The notes below the pieces were generated by a model. The model made no database searches, was not told the DNA's origin, and saw only the letters and a program-made list of their open reading frames with translations. The position numbers and the translations under genes are program-made. A DNA stretch of 63,045 nt, the filler included, from Collodictyon triciliatum (Eukaryota), in assembly GCA_043381765.1 (NCBI GenBank). It is 15 parts of 15 records of this genome, joined end to end, with 100 filler letters (N's around TTAATTAATTAA, not from the genome) between each part and the next. Parts side by side here need not be neighbours in the genome. Positions count along the whole stretch, not along the records: positions 46,873 to 51,106 come from JBHJMP010006346.1; positions 51,207 to 55,440 come from JBHJMP010006347.1; positions 55,541 to 59,773 come from JBHJMP010006348.1; positions 59,874 to 63,045 come from JBHJMP010006398.1; 11 more parts are not named here. One strand, written 5' to 3'. Of this stretch, positions 46,873 to 60,082 are shown in pieces. The stretch's first letter is position 1, and each line of letters starts with the position of its first letter.

Positions 46873-49800
46873 TCCACAAGCGAAGCAGCGGCACTCTATT
46901 TTGTCATGCTTGTTCTATTTGGAAATTGTATCCTGATATATTATAGCTGTTCCCATATTTATATCTACCTATCATGGTAAGAGTGATTAGTTGAATCAAG
47001 TTCCTTGATGGATTTCAGACATCATATTGTATCTATTTCTTGCCATCCTAATAACGACATTCTCAACATTAAGTGATCAAGCAAGATCCTCTCGGATATC
47101 AAAGTCTACGCAAGTTTCTATCTCTTTTGCAAATTGAAAATTCTGTGAATTACTAAAATTCATCGTCTGTTTGCTAATAAAAGAAAATATCAATAGATTC
47201 ACAATCAGTAGAATATTCTCCTGGGTTCACCCCGCCCCGACATTAGTTACCCCTGCTAATATTAATAATAATCATGATGAGTCCACACAACCAAATTACT
47301 ACGAAACAGATGAAATCAAAAAATCGGTCTCTATCTCCACAACAGCAGAGGATATTGGAAAATATGTGTGATATTTTCCCTAAAATAACCTTAAAAGAGC
47401 CATTTAATGTTTTTATATTTCCTCTTCTCATTTTGATGATACCTTTGCTAATATGTAATCGGTTCCTTTTCTCATGGCCACAAAATTTGTAGAGCGAGCC
47501 AATTACATAAAATCTTTATCCCCGCACACCTTTATAACAAATCCTTTTAATTTTGAATTATGCAGGGGCATGATAGCTCATTGAGCATTAATCTAAATTT
47601 GATCAAAGATGACGGGGTGATTCTGCTTAATATTTACTCGATTTTATTTTGTTTCCTCCGTTTTAATAACACATAATATTTTTTTCTCCTTTATTCACTT
47701 ACACATGATATATTAATCAGTTTTATTTAACAAAAGGCAAGTGAAAGCTCAAGCCGAAGACCCAAAGGTTCTCATACGAATACAGTCAGATTTGCATCAT
47801 CGCCTGGGAGTCCTTCAGGGGATGTCAGTCGCCGACGCAAGACTCTTGCAGAAACTTTTGCACGTCGTAAAGAGGTCCAAGGAAAATCCCTCAGGATATT
47901 TGGTGACCAGAACAGAATTAGACTGGTATTGTTGAGAATAAATGAAGTTTTTTTTTTTTTACTCTTATTCTGTTATAGAATTACCCTTTGTTCGATTCAA
48001 GGGTAGGGGTTTTGTATTTTTCTACTATCCGACGTAGTTGCGCCTCGGTTGAATGTTCTGTTATGATATTCAAAAATTATAAAAATCAGTGGAGTGAAAA
48101 CCCCGTGACTTTGATACGAATAAATTACTAATTTTTTTTTATCTTTAGGCTCTTCATAAACTGTTATGCAGCCAGTATTTTGAGAAAATCATTATCGTCT
48201 TGATTGTCATAAGCAGCGTGACACTAGCGTTTTACTCGCCGAAATTGGAAGAAGGTGATAAACCATGATATGTGCCACTAAATATTATTTTTCTTGATTA
48301 AATAAATATCATAGTCTTTTAAAATATCAAAAATATCTCAAATCCCAATGATTTTCAGACTCATCTAGAATCATCCTTTTAAACCGTTTGGACATATTTT
48401 TTACATCCGTCTTTGCGTTGGAAATGTTCGTGAAGATATTTACGGTGAGGGGGTTTACTCATTAAAACGTGCACAATTCAATGATTTCGAGGCATTCTTC
48501 CCAATTATAACATTATATGATATAGTATGGGTTACTATTTGGAGACCACGCATATTTTCAAGACCCATGGAATGTGTTGGACGCAATTGTTGTTATAGTA
48601 AGGAGCATAATTTCGGATCCATAAAATTGTTAGAATTATTGCGTTCATTTGTTCACCAGAAATTGACTAGTGATACCGTACAAATACACTTATCTTTATT
48701 GCATGTATTAGACATCTGCCACCGGTCTTTTCATATCGTCCAAACATGTGAAATCAATCAGAGTTCTCCGATTGCTTCGAATTCTGCGTCCTCTCCGACT
48801 TTTGAGTCGAAATCAAGGAATTCGAGTAATCATTAGAAACATACGCAAATGAATTAGCATAGTTCCATGTATTATTGAGCATTTTTTTTTAAAAAAAAAA
48901 AAGAAATTAAATCGCTGCTTATGAAAATTATTACACCCAAGCTAAACAACCATCACAATTCGGACAGATTGTCGTCAACGCCATTATTTTATCAATACCA
49001 TCGTTTTTGAATATCATGATATTATCATTTTTATTATGGCTCATGTTTGCGATTCTTGGAGTACAATTATTTGGGGGCGAATTTAATTATTGCACTGACT
49101 CCAGTGAGTTTTTTTTCCCTCTGCCTTACTTTCAAGGAAGATATCCCTCCTTCTCTGTATAAATCACGCATTGTTCTTATACAATACGTTTTAGACGTTT
49201 TTTCGATAGAACAGTGTGTCGGCTTGTTCGTCGATAAGACAGGAATGGTAATTACATCTACTATATTCCTCCTTACAGAAACACTTTTTTTTTAAAATTG
49301 ACTAGTACATGTTCCTTTTTTTTCTTCCTTTTTTTCTATTTTCCTCTACATCTTAAGTTAATTCTTTACATCAGATGGAGGAAAGAGTTTGGAAGAATCA
49401 GTATTTGCATTTTGATACGGTCCCTGATGCAATGAAGACCCTTTTTGTCATGTCGACTTTTGACAACTGGGTCACTATAATGTACTTCGCGGTGGATTCT
49501 GCTGGGGTTTTTTTTTAATGACCATTAGATGTTATCGTTTCAAATACTATTAATCGGAACTTTTAACTCACTGAAAAACATCATAATATATATATTTCTT
49601 GGATATTTTCGTTTACCTCATGATGATTTAATCTACAATAGGTGGGGAAACAGCCCATACGTGACAATAATCCTGCCATGGTCCTATATTTTGTAGCATT
49701 TATCATATTCGGTGGATTTTTTGTGACAAACCTATTTGTTTCTGTGGTCGTCGATAACTTCCATCAGGTAGATAATATAAATATTTGTAACAATGATTAT

Positions 49801-50955
49801 CTAAGGAATAATCACCATTTTTTGATGATGCAGATTCAGAAAGAATATGATGGACATGGATTATTAGCAGAAAATCAAAAGCAATGGTTCGATGCGCAGG
49901 TGTATACTATTTTTAAGAGAAAATAGTGAAAATCTACAAACTTGCATGATTTTACATTCTCGGCTGTGAATTTCTCCGGCCGCTATTGTCTCAGGCTTTT
50001 ATTTTTGTGGACTCTTAGAGACTTGTTTTGAAAACAATACCTGCCCAACAATATCGTCGACCTGACCACCCCTTTCGAAAGAAGTGTTACAAGTTGACGA
50101 GGCATTTTATTTTTATTTTAATGACGATACCATTTAGATTCACTTTTATAGTCACTAAATCGTGCCTTTCAAAGAAAAGGGGAAAATTCTTTTGGATGAA
50201 TGATTATGAGAGCTGGGGGCTCCATAATTCATCACCGATTTTAATTTACCCAGATACTGTAAATACACTTGCATTACAAATTTTATTATCAATAGACACA
50301 AGTACTATGATATTATATTCGCGGTGGTTATTCTGATGAACGTGAGCATCATGGGATTATTACATGATAGACAAACACCTGAGTGGGATTTGGCTTTAAG
50401 TGAGTCAAGCTTTATGATAAATTTTTGGAGTGATTTTTTTCCTAAGAGTATTAATCTATTCATTATTTTTATCCGGAGAATTTTCAATAGTAATAATTTC
50501 TTAATTGGTAAATTATATAGCGATATGTGATTGGATATTCACGTCCATGTTTGGACTTGAGGTCATTCTCAAGTTATTGGCTTTTGGAAGAAGTTATTTT
50601 CACGATAATTGGAACATATTTGATATGACAACTGTTATTTTACCAATATTGGGTAAATATGATTTTCCGTTTCCAATCTTTTAATCTTATTATTTGAAGT
50701 ACGATAAGACGGTATTTGATTTTTTTTTAAAATGTAAGAGACATCTTGAATTATTTTTTTTATTGAGTATGAAATAATTAAGTTTGAATGAATCCAAGTT
50801 CTCATCGACGTATTCACAGGATATTTAATTCAAGAGTATATCCCGAAAGGGCTTAACGTGTCAATCATTCGGGTATTTCGAGTGTTCAGAGCTATGCGCA
50901 TATTTCGTTTGATTAAGTCAACAAAAAGCATTTACAAACTCTTCAAAACCATGAT
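46873..50955 (+). CDS. Four-domain voltage-gated Ca2+/Na+ channel alpha subunit, internal fragment (end of domain II to domain IV S4-S5)
   Basis: S4 [29 protein letters not shown], pore [26 protein letters not shown]6 [15 protein letters not shown], linker LLAENQKQW, and domain IV S4 [17 protein letters not shown]. Confidence 0.95.
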
Positions 50956-51004
50956 GTAAGCCGTCATTTTTTTAATTCTTTTCGTTTTTTTATTTTTGGC
51001 TGAG

Positions 51005-51106
<102 letters not shown>

Positions 51107-51247
51107 NNNNNNNNNNNNNNNNNNNNNNNNNNNNNNNNNNNNNNNNNNNNTTAATTAATTAANNNNNNNNNNNNNNNNNNNNNNNNNNNNNNNNNNNNNN
51201 NNNNNNATGTAATAAAACTTTTTAAAATTTAATAAATGAAAGTAACC

Positions 51248-54200
51248 AACTATTCCACAGTTGTTGAGACTGGTGCATCCGACAAAATGGAAAAAGTCAT
51301 TAAGCCTAGGATTTTTCACTACTTCAAGGTCACTCGCTGTAGCAACCATGAGCGACGACTTTCCAATCCCAGACTCGGCAGCAAGAACTGTGATTTTGAA
51401 CTTCTTCATATTGAGCTGATTCATATCCTGTCAAAATGATTGGTAGAAAATAAAAGTATATTTTTTGCCATTTTGATTACTCATTCTTCATTTCAACTTA
51501 CTCACCCCATGATTGTCATTAGAATCTCCTTTCTTCCGCCAAACCCGGCCAGTCGATGCATCTTGAACTGGTGCTGCGCTTGGTCTTCAGGGTCTTCATC
51601 TAATGTATAGTTATCTGAACAAGTATAAATGTAGTATGTATCAGCAATCAATAAAAAAAAATCTTAATCCATTAAAAATAAAAAATAAATTCTGATTCCC
51701 AACGTCACGGTCGATGGCGTAGGTGTGATGGTGAATCACAAAGTTTGAATACTCCTTCGCACCTTGGTAGAAAATATGCCCGACCTTGGCCTTGAATTTC
51801 CTTTGAGCTCCTCCTGCTTTTACGCTAAAAATATGATAAATGTCTAATGCCTTCATTTTGTCATTATAATATGATTCCTGGAAAATAAAAAATCAGAAAT
51901 TCTATCAGTTATTAAAATCCTCTTCGCTTTCACCTTGGGATAGCTTTCTTTTTTTTATCGCCCGGGGCTTTTTGGACGGAAAAGTGCTCATCACAGAGAT
52001 ATAAAAAGGCACAACCGCATGCTGGTTCGTCAATCAGACAGGCGTGTTGAATCGGAACATGCTTTTTGATTAGGATAATGATTCAATTTATTTTAATCAT
52101 TCGTGATAAGAAAACAAAAATGATTGTTTTGATTTCACCTCGCATGCAGCCACAATCAACCCGTATTTCGTTTATAAGAGGGAATTGGCCATTTATTTCT
52201 CTGCACCATTAAACTCAAACATACTTTATGGTAGCATCAGGCTTGGTTTCCAGCATTTCATCAAGGCTGACTTGTTCAGCTCGAGTTTGCTTTGGTCAGG
52301 AGTTCAGCCGTAATGCGCACAGAGAGAATGCACAAAATATGGGCAATTTCCGATAGAGTCCAAACAACGAATCAAAATTTGCAATATGTATGAAAAAAAA
52401 TTGAGGTTTTCATTTTACAGAACACAAAAAATTATTAAAAAATCGAATACGCTATAGTGCTATAATAAATTGATTAACCATCTGTCACTACTATTCTCAG
52501 AACTCAGCCCATACACAAATCGATAAAGAAGAAATAAACTCACTTCAATCTCGCAAGTCTCTTCAGCCTGAAATTAAGATAATTTTGCAAAATAAATGGC
52601 GACATGAAATTGTGAATTGTCAAAAATCATTAAGTAAAAATGTAAGGTGACTTACTTAGGGCTTCGTTCTTGAAAAACTCTTCCCTTTCTTGTTGCATAT
52701 CTCAGAAAGTGGAGTAAAGGAGAAATGGATGATGCGCTCGTCAAAGACAATGAACTGTAATGGTGTGGAGGTCTCGTATCTTTGTGGCCGGATTCCACTT
52801 CTTGTAGTGCGTCTCTTTCATGTCTTCACGAACAAGCTGCATCTGAATTGAATTTGCGTTTTCATTTTACAAAAACTTGATAAATATGATCAATTTTTAT
52901 TTTTAATTCATTTATTACGTTGCCAAGACGAATACAAGTGCAGATGAGCACGACAAAGCCCTTTTCTTTCAGAATAAGAGCTGTACCAATGATTATTATT
53001 TAATTTATGTTGTCAATAATTGTCCAATTTTTATACGAACGATATAGAAGATAAAGATATAAAGGAGAAATTCGTATTCCAACCATGCAACGGACACGGG
53101 GCCTTTGCTCTTTCGTAGGCTTCTTGGCCTTATTCTACCTCTTGTGGCATTTTTCTACAATCTTAAATAATCAATTATTATTTTTAAGATGTCACCAAAT
53201 CACCATAGAAATTAAAAATCAAGTAAAAAAACATTACCCCAATTCTTAAAAAATGACCGACCGCTATGTCTAATAAGATGCTGAGGATTGGATTGAAAAT
53301 ATCTGTGGAAATATTCAAGTATCAACCACTCATATAAATAAATGGATGATTCATGAAAAAATCTCAAAAAAAACTAATTTAAAAGAAATATAGCTAAAAT
53401 AAAGCACAGTAGCATAATCCAACAAAGCAGCAACCACTTCATCATGCACATGCAGTTTCAGAATCAAATTAATAAGTTTTTGATTCTCTTCAACACGAAT
53501 ATCCTCTTAAATAGATTTGCCACTGATAAAAAAGTTTTACATACCAACATTTGAAAAATAAATTAAAAAAACTGTAACATTGTAAATATATCATATTCAA
53601 AAAATCGGGAATAACACATTCCCAGGAACTTTCAATTGACCCTCTCGATCAGCGTGGCCAAAAAGAGCCCGTCTATCTAGTCGTTGCGGATGTTCTTCGC
53701 CTTGAGTTAGATTTTTCTCAGGTGATGTTTAACTCATTCGATGAAAACCTGCAATCACAAATTGGCATTAGTAATCCAATAATTTCCATATAATAAAATC
53801 GTAATTTATTGATAATGTACATGAGGACAGGATTAGCTTAATTACGAGACAGGCTGACCTTGGTCTCAGTGCTTGTTCCAGTTGCAGACGTGTGATAAAT
53901 TTACCTATTCCTTTGTGTGTTCATAAAAAGTTTTCATCGGATATAATGTGAGATCAATTATCAAACAAATTTGATGCGAATAAGCATTTCTCTTCTTTTC
54001 TTACATGATTATTGTCTTATTCGTGTTAATTAATATTTATAACGCTTTTTTGGATACTTCGAATGGGATTTAAAGATTATTATTTTACTATTATTTGCTT
54101 GAAACTTAATTTTATCATCTCTGAGTATTTTTCCTGTTTATAATCAAATAAACCATTCGATGCTTCAAATATATCAGTCGATATGTGTGACATATTTCAA

Positions 54201-54712
54201 TTTTCTATCTTAACTGCTTCGTTGGTATTTAATAAATCTTTTTGATTTTGATTTGTTAATAGTATTTCCACGGGTTACTTATATATCACACAACCACAAG
54301 GTATGCTATTATTACTAGATGATTCATACATAAATGAGGAATGTGATGTCTGCGATTCCCTACGAGCTGAATATGTATTTATGGTCGATGTATAACATAA
54401 TGCTTAAAATCAATTTTAAACTGTGCGAGGTTTTCAAAAATCATATGGAATGGTCTGTGTATTCTCACAGAATTCCATATTTATTATCGAAAATAATTTG
54501 TCATAGCGAGTTTCATGAGATAACCTTCCTTAAATTACAATCTAGACTTTGTGACCTGAGGATTCTACGTGGGATTTGGATATTTCAATACCTGACCATC
54601 ACCGCACAAGTTTTCCAGGGTTTACCTGCTCACTCTTCATTCAATGTCTGCATGCTTTCCACGTGTATCTTATGACAAACAAATCATGAAACAAAGCTTC
54701 GTTAAGAATATC
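51248..54712 (-). pseudogene. Degenerate multi-exon gene: tandem calponin-homology domains, DUF4062 and NACHT/P-loop
   Basis: CH-like pieces GDGQVLKY, PFHMIFENLAQF and VFIE*VKHHLRKI*LKAKNIRND*IDGLFLATLIE. DUF4062-like STF*DMQQERE and IQHACL..AFLYLCDE. P-loop VLAAESGIGKSSLM and FFHFVG. Many stops and frameshifts. Confidence 0.7.
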
Positions 54713-54799
54713 CTGTAAAAAAAATCTCTTTGAATAAATAATTAGCATGTATTTTGAATGAAAAATAGAAACAATCTTGACTTTCTATAATTTCACCTT

Positions 54800-55325
54800 A
54801 CATTGTTTGTCCACATTGTCTTAGGGTGAGTAACGATTCCAATAACCTGCACATTCCTTGAAGAACCCTTTATTGGGTGGTGGTGGCAAGTTAGGGTGCT
54901 GATTTTCCTCCTCAATTGCTTCACACGGTTGTGTTTAGAAGGGGTTGATGTTTCGTTTTTTTCTGCTTGACCACTCAGTTTGTGAAATCTCGCAGTGGTG
55001 TTAATCATGAGTATCTCATTTCTTTCTCTGTAATTCCAGCAGGGTATGAAAGGAAGAGGAAATCCTTGCATGTTTCTTTTATTATCTGGTAGTTTAGGTA
55101 CTTTTGATGCCGGAAACTAGAAAAATGCATTATTCATCAAAACAGTTTTAAGCTTTGAAGTATAATGAGAGATATGACTTTCATTTTCATGTACCTTCAA
55201 TATCGGCCATGGTGGAACCAGGAGGAATGCCGCAGATAATAGCAGAAAAAAGGGCTGATTACTCTTCGAATGGTTGAATTAAAAAGAAAGACTAAGCATT
55301 ATTACACTTTCCCATCTCGACATGC
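54800..55325 (-). mobile_element. Old AT-drifted copy of the ORF1-like family (subfamily A)
   Basis: QPFEE*SALFSAIICGIPPGSTMADIEG and NNAFF*FPASKVPKLPDNKRNMQGFPLPFI align with RPYQERPPLHSAIIGDIPPGFTKADIEE and NDALVKFPASELPKVPKKKINLQGFSVPFI of the 8163 ORF. Confidence 0.85.
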
Positions 55326-55540
55326 TTTTATTTTTTACATTTTTATGTTTTTTTATGTTTTTTTATGTTTTTTTATGTTTTTTTATGTTTTTTTATGTTT
55401 TTTTATGTTTTTTTATGTTTTTTTATGTTTTTTTATGTTTNNNNNNNNNNNNNNNNNNNNNNNNNNNNNNNNNNNNNNNNNNNNTTAATTAATTAANNNN
55501 NNNNNNNNNNNNNNNNNNNNNNNNNNNNNNNNNNNNNNNN

Positions 55541-55640
<100 letters not shown>

Positions 55641-55674
55641 CATGTATATCATCACCAAGAATTCTCAAATTTAG

Positions 55675-56705
55675 TCAGCTCTGGGTTATGCATGGAGTTC
55701 AATTCATCTAGACAAACTCTCTGTCGGCGATTCCGAGAAAATAGCTCTTCATTTGCTTGCTCCTTTTTCTTCATCTATTTCAAAAAGTGTCATCGAGAAG
55801 CTCAACACACTAGAGCTTTCTGGTGAGTCTTATGAGTTCGATAGTAGTCATAGCTCTGCAGCAAATATAAATTTGAATTAGAATTTTGAATCATATGCAG
55901 ATAGAAAATACCGTACATTAAATCATCGCAAGTCGCCCATATTATAATTCGAATAATTTCAGAATTTGGAGATATTGCCAACTCCATAAGTCATCTTAGC
56001 TCCTTGCATGATTCTTGTTTGAATTTATTAGATGACCCGATTTTCAGAAGAATCCTGCTCACAGAGGTTATGAGCAAATCAAGGCCTGATTCCCTACTCC
56101 AGTATTTTGATGAGTTGATATACCACCGGGACCTGGAACATTTGATAATGTATCTGATAAAAAAATGGGAATCTGAATACCGTGAGTGTTCTCACCCATC
56201 CTAATTCATCGGCTCTGGTCTTTAATATTATAAGCAAAAAGAGCTCACATCGATACCAACATTTGGTGTATACCGTAATATTCTTTTTTATTTCTCCTCT
56301 GCAAATTAAACAGCCCAAATTCCTGTTCTTGATATAATGAAGTTGCTATGTGTTTCCCGTATCGGTGTATCCGAAGCACATGTGAGGTATTATCTGGAAG
56401 AATCGAAACCGACAGAGCGACCTCAACGCTCAAAAGTAATCAGAGGTAATGCCAAGTACAGTTCCCGCCAAAATGAATAGGCCAAACCCTCATTTACCCT
56501 GCATTTATAACCAGAGCTACTCATTTACTTGTAGATAAAGACGAGCCGGTTGAAATACAAGCATCTCCCCAACTTAGATGGTGCATATTTACCTTTATTA
56601 TATCATTAGACAACCTTGAACCAGTTCTCATGCGTCTTAATAACACACAGGGAGGCATTTTTTGTATCTTTGTGTCAGCTATTATTATTGCCTGTCGACG
56701 GGAGG
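55675..56705 (+). CDS. Unidentified multi-exon coding fragment; may or may not join the gene after the N-gap
   Basis: Phase-compatible exons at about 55675-55822 and 55963-56181 with GTGAGT donors, plus further short exon candidates at 56535-56580 and 56651-56705. Confidence 0.45.
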
Positions 56706-56829
56706 TACTTCCTATTCTCTCATCTTTTCTTTAAATTCTTTTCCCTTCATCCATTTCAGCTCTGAAGTATATGTTTTCAGAGTTGCTTACTATTAAAAGC
56801 CGAATTTGACAGAAATGCAAAAAATAAAA

Positions 56830-57737
56830 NNNNNNNNNNNNNNNNNNNNNNNNNNNNNNNNNNNNNNNNNNNNNNNNNNNNNNNNNNNNNNNNNNNNNNN
56901 NNNNNNNNNNNNNNNNNNNNNNNNNNNNNNNNNNNNNNNNNNNNNNNNNNNNNNNNNNNNNNNNNNNNNNNNNNNNNNNNNNNNNNNNNNNNNNNNNNNN
57001 NNNNNNNNNNNNNNNNNNNNNNNNNNNNNNNNNNNNNNNNNNNNNNNNNNNNNNNNNNNNNNNNNNNNNNNNNNNNNNNNNNNNNNNNNNNNNNNNNNNN
57101 NNNNNNNNNNNNNNNNNNNNNNNNNNNNNNNNNNNNNNNNNNNNNNNNNNNNNNNNNNNNNNNNNNNNNNNNNNNNNNNNNNNNNNNNNNNNNNNNNNNN
57201 NNNNNNNNNNNNNNNNNNNNNNNNNNNNNNNNNNNNNNNNNNNNNNNNNNNNNNNNNNNNNNNNNNNNNNNNNNNNNNNNNNNNNNNNNNNNNNNNNNNN
57301 NNNNNNNNNNNNNNNNNNNNNNNNNNNNNNNNNNNNNNNNNNNNNNNNNNNNNNNNNNNNNNNNNNNNNNNNNNNNNNNNNNNNNNNNNNNNNNNNNNNN
57401 NNNNNNNNNNNNNNNNNNNNNNNNNNNNNNNNNNNNNNNNNNNNNNNNNNNNNNNNNNNNNNNNNNNNNNNNNNNNNNNNNNNNNNNNNNNNNNNNNNNN
57501 NNNNNNNNNNNNNNNNNNNNNNNNNNNNNNNNNNNNNNNNNNNNNNNNNNNNNNNNNNNNNNNNNNNNNNNNNNNNNNNNNNNNNNNNNNNNNNNNNNNN
57601 NNNNNNNNNNNNNNNNNNNNNNNNNNNNNNNNNNNNNNNNNNNNNNNNNNNNNNNNNNNNNNNNNNNNNNNNNNNNNNNNNNNNNNNNNNNNNNNNNNNN
57701 NNNNNNNNNNNNNNNNNNNNNNNNNNNNNNNNNNNNN
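56830..57737. other. Intra-scaffold sequencing gap (N run)
   Basis: About 900 Ns without a linker. Confidence 0.98.
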
Positions 57738-57794
57738 TTGCAATTGATATCTTAAAATAAACCTACCTCAATCATTCGCATGGTATAATTCTAG

Positions 57795-59117
57795 AAAATT
57801 CAACCTGGTGGTATTTTGCTTCTACTTGGAATGCAAAGGACCAGGAAAAGTCTTGAGTTATTACCGCCTGAGTTTGTATACCTTTTATATAAATCAAGAA
57901 AATATCATCCTAGCTAGCAATTTATAGTGTAATTACTTCCAATACCAAGTGTTGATATTCATTTTTCAATGGTTTGTATTGATTTATTTTTGCAGTCGTA
58001 TGATGTTGACTGAGACCTTTCAAGCTCGTCATTGTCCGAAAGAAATCCTTTCTGTTGGTGCCCGAGCATTATCGAAACATAACCATCGCTCAAGCGAGGG
58101 ATTTTGGGGAGTGGCTAAGGTATTTCACATTAAAAATTCATGCTTTGGTATATGATCATCATATTTTTCACTTATGACCATTTTTTCCCTTTATTCGATT
58201 CAAAGTTCACTTATAGCCATATTATTTCTAAACGCATTTTTTTATTTATTTATTCTTCCTTTCGGTTCATGACTTGAAAACATACTCGAAATGAATTTGG
58301 TTCTAAATGAATTCAAGCTATACTATTCATAGTTTTCTTAAGATTTTCCTTTGATATATATAAAAGGGAAGCCAAGCATCACAAAACGCACATGCCCACA
58401 AAATACTCTGCAACATTCTTGACAACGCAGTTTGGATGAACATACACCTTCTACCAGTACCATAATATACATTTGCACGAATGATAATAAAAATTGATGA
58501 AGGGGGGAGGGGGTTGGAAATCATATGATTTTCATATTGGTTCATTGGTTTTATAATAACAGGGCGATGTTGGAGTGTATGAGATAAGAATAAAGGAGGG
58601 ATACGGCGCCAGGTTCCTTATATTTCTATGCTAAAAGCTTAACAAAAAAAAAGTTAAGGAAGGAGAAAAAGAAAACGCTTGATCATTCTCAAATGATCTT
58701 TTGGCTCTTAAAATAGACTACGATAACAAAGATACAAACAAATTGATTCAAATCTTACATATACAAAATCTGAAATATATCATGCTAAAGAATATTCAAT
58801 GAGATTTTTTTTTCAATCATTGGTATAAATTATACATTAAAGAAAGGGAGGGTGGACATACCTGTTCCTAACCATGAAGACTTTATAGATGGTCAGCTGA
58901 TGGGTCAGTTTTTCGAGGATTTCTTGAGCCCCAAATCGACCAGGGTTGGGCGGTTGGTACGTAACGATTACAAAAGTTTGCCTGATATTGTTATTAAAAA
59001 CGCCTATCTGATTCTTCCTATAGAAATCTATTTATTTATCTATCTATTCATCTAGTATTGTTATTATTATTAGTAACAACCTCTCACTCACAAAATGGAT
59101 TAGGGTGGAGACACTAA
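57795..59117 (+). CDS. Conserved uncharacterised protein, 3' exons; domain like the C-terminus of plant ASCH-domain proteins, putative RNase fold
   Basis: Six phase-compatible exons give GGILLLLGMQRT..LLPPD/R..LSVGARALSKHNHRSSEGFWG../GSQASQNAHA..ILDNAVWMNIHLLP/GDVGVYEIRIKEGYGAR/WSADGSVFRGFLEPQIDQGWAV/GWRH* (TAA 59115-59117). Confidence 0.85.
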
Positions 59118-60082
59118 GCTATTCGATAAAACTGGGGGTCGCATCTTCCACTTTTAAATCAATAAAAGTCAAAATCCCAAACAACGTCTTGAGGCAGACA
59201 TCAATCTTTCATTTTTTTTTATTTTTTTTTTTTAAAAAAAAAAGAAAACAGAAGCAAAGACAAGGAACTACTGTCCAAGACTGTATAGATACTCATACCT
59301 TTGCTTCTGATACGCTGGCACACACACACATACACAGAGATACATGGAGATGCGACCAGAGCACCATTTCTCGCACGTCTGAAAACCCCACAAAAATCAA
59401 AATTTGTGGACGAAACAGATATGATTTCCAAGCACCACCGAAAAAGATAATCCAAAGCCAACGAACAAACGACACACTCCGGAACGACAAATTTCATACC
59501 TGATAATGTGAATCCCGCCACTTCAGATCCGCTGCGATCATTTGCTGCCTCGCCCTGCGCGGTAGGCACGAGTCGCCCCTTTTCCTAGGCCAAGCTTTCT
59601 TTTTTTTTTCTTTCTTGTTTTTGTCCTTTTTATTATTAGATACCTCATAAGCCTCTGCTTGACAACAGGCTGACGCCATGCAGATGGCTCTTCCAAAAAA
59701 ACAAAAAAACAAAAAAACAAAAAAACAAAAAAACAAAAAAACAAAAAAACAAAAAAACAAAAAAACAAAAAAANNNNNNNNNNNNNNNNNNNNNNNNNNN
59801 NNNNNNNNNNNNNNNNNTTAATTAATTAANNNNNNNNNNNNNNNNNNNNNNNNNNNNNNNNNNNNNNNNNNNNTTTTTTTTTTTTTTGTTTTTATTTGGT
59901 GCGGGTTTTTTTTTTTTTTTTTTTTCGCATTATGGTTGCAGTTCGTTAAGCGGTGCGGGGAAAAAGAAATAATAATCTGAGACAGGAATCGGATCAAAAA
60001 AAGGGAGGAGGATCGACATAACGCTGGGAGCTTCGACTTGTTCTATTACCGCGGCCGCCAGATTCGGGGCGAGCCTCTTCTC

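Noticed and set aside
56793-57747. 313-316 aa ORFs in the ORF track
   Set aside because: Translations of an N gap.
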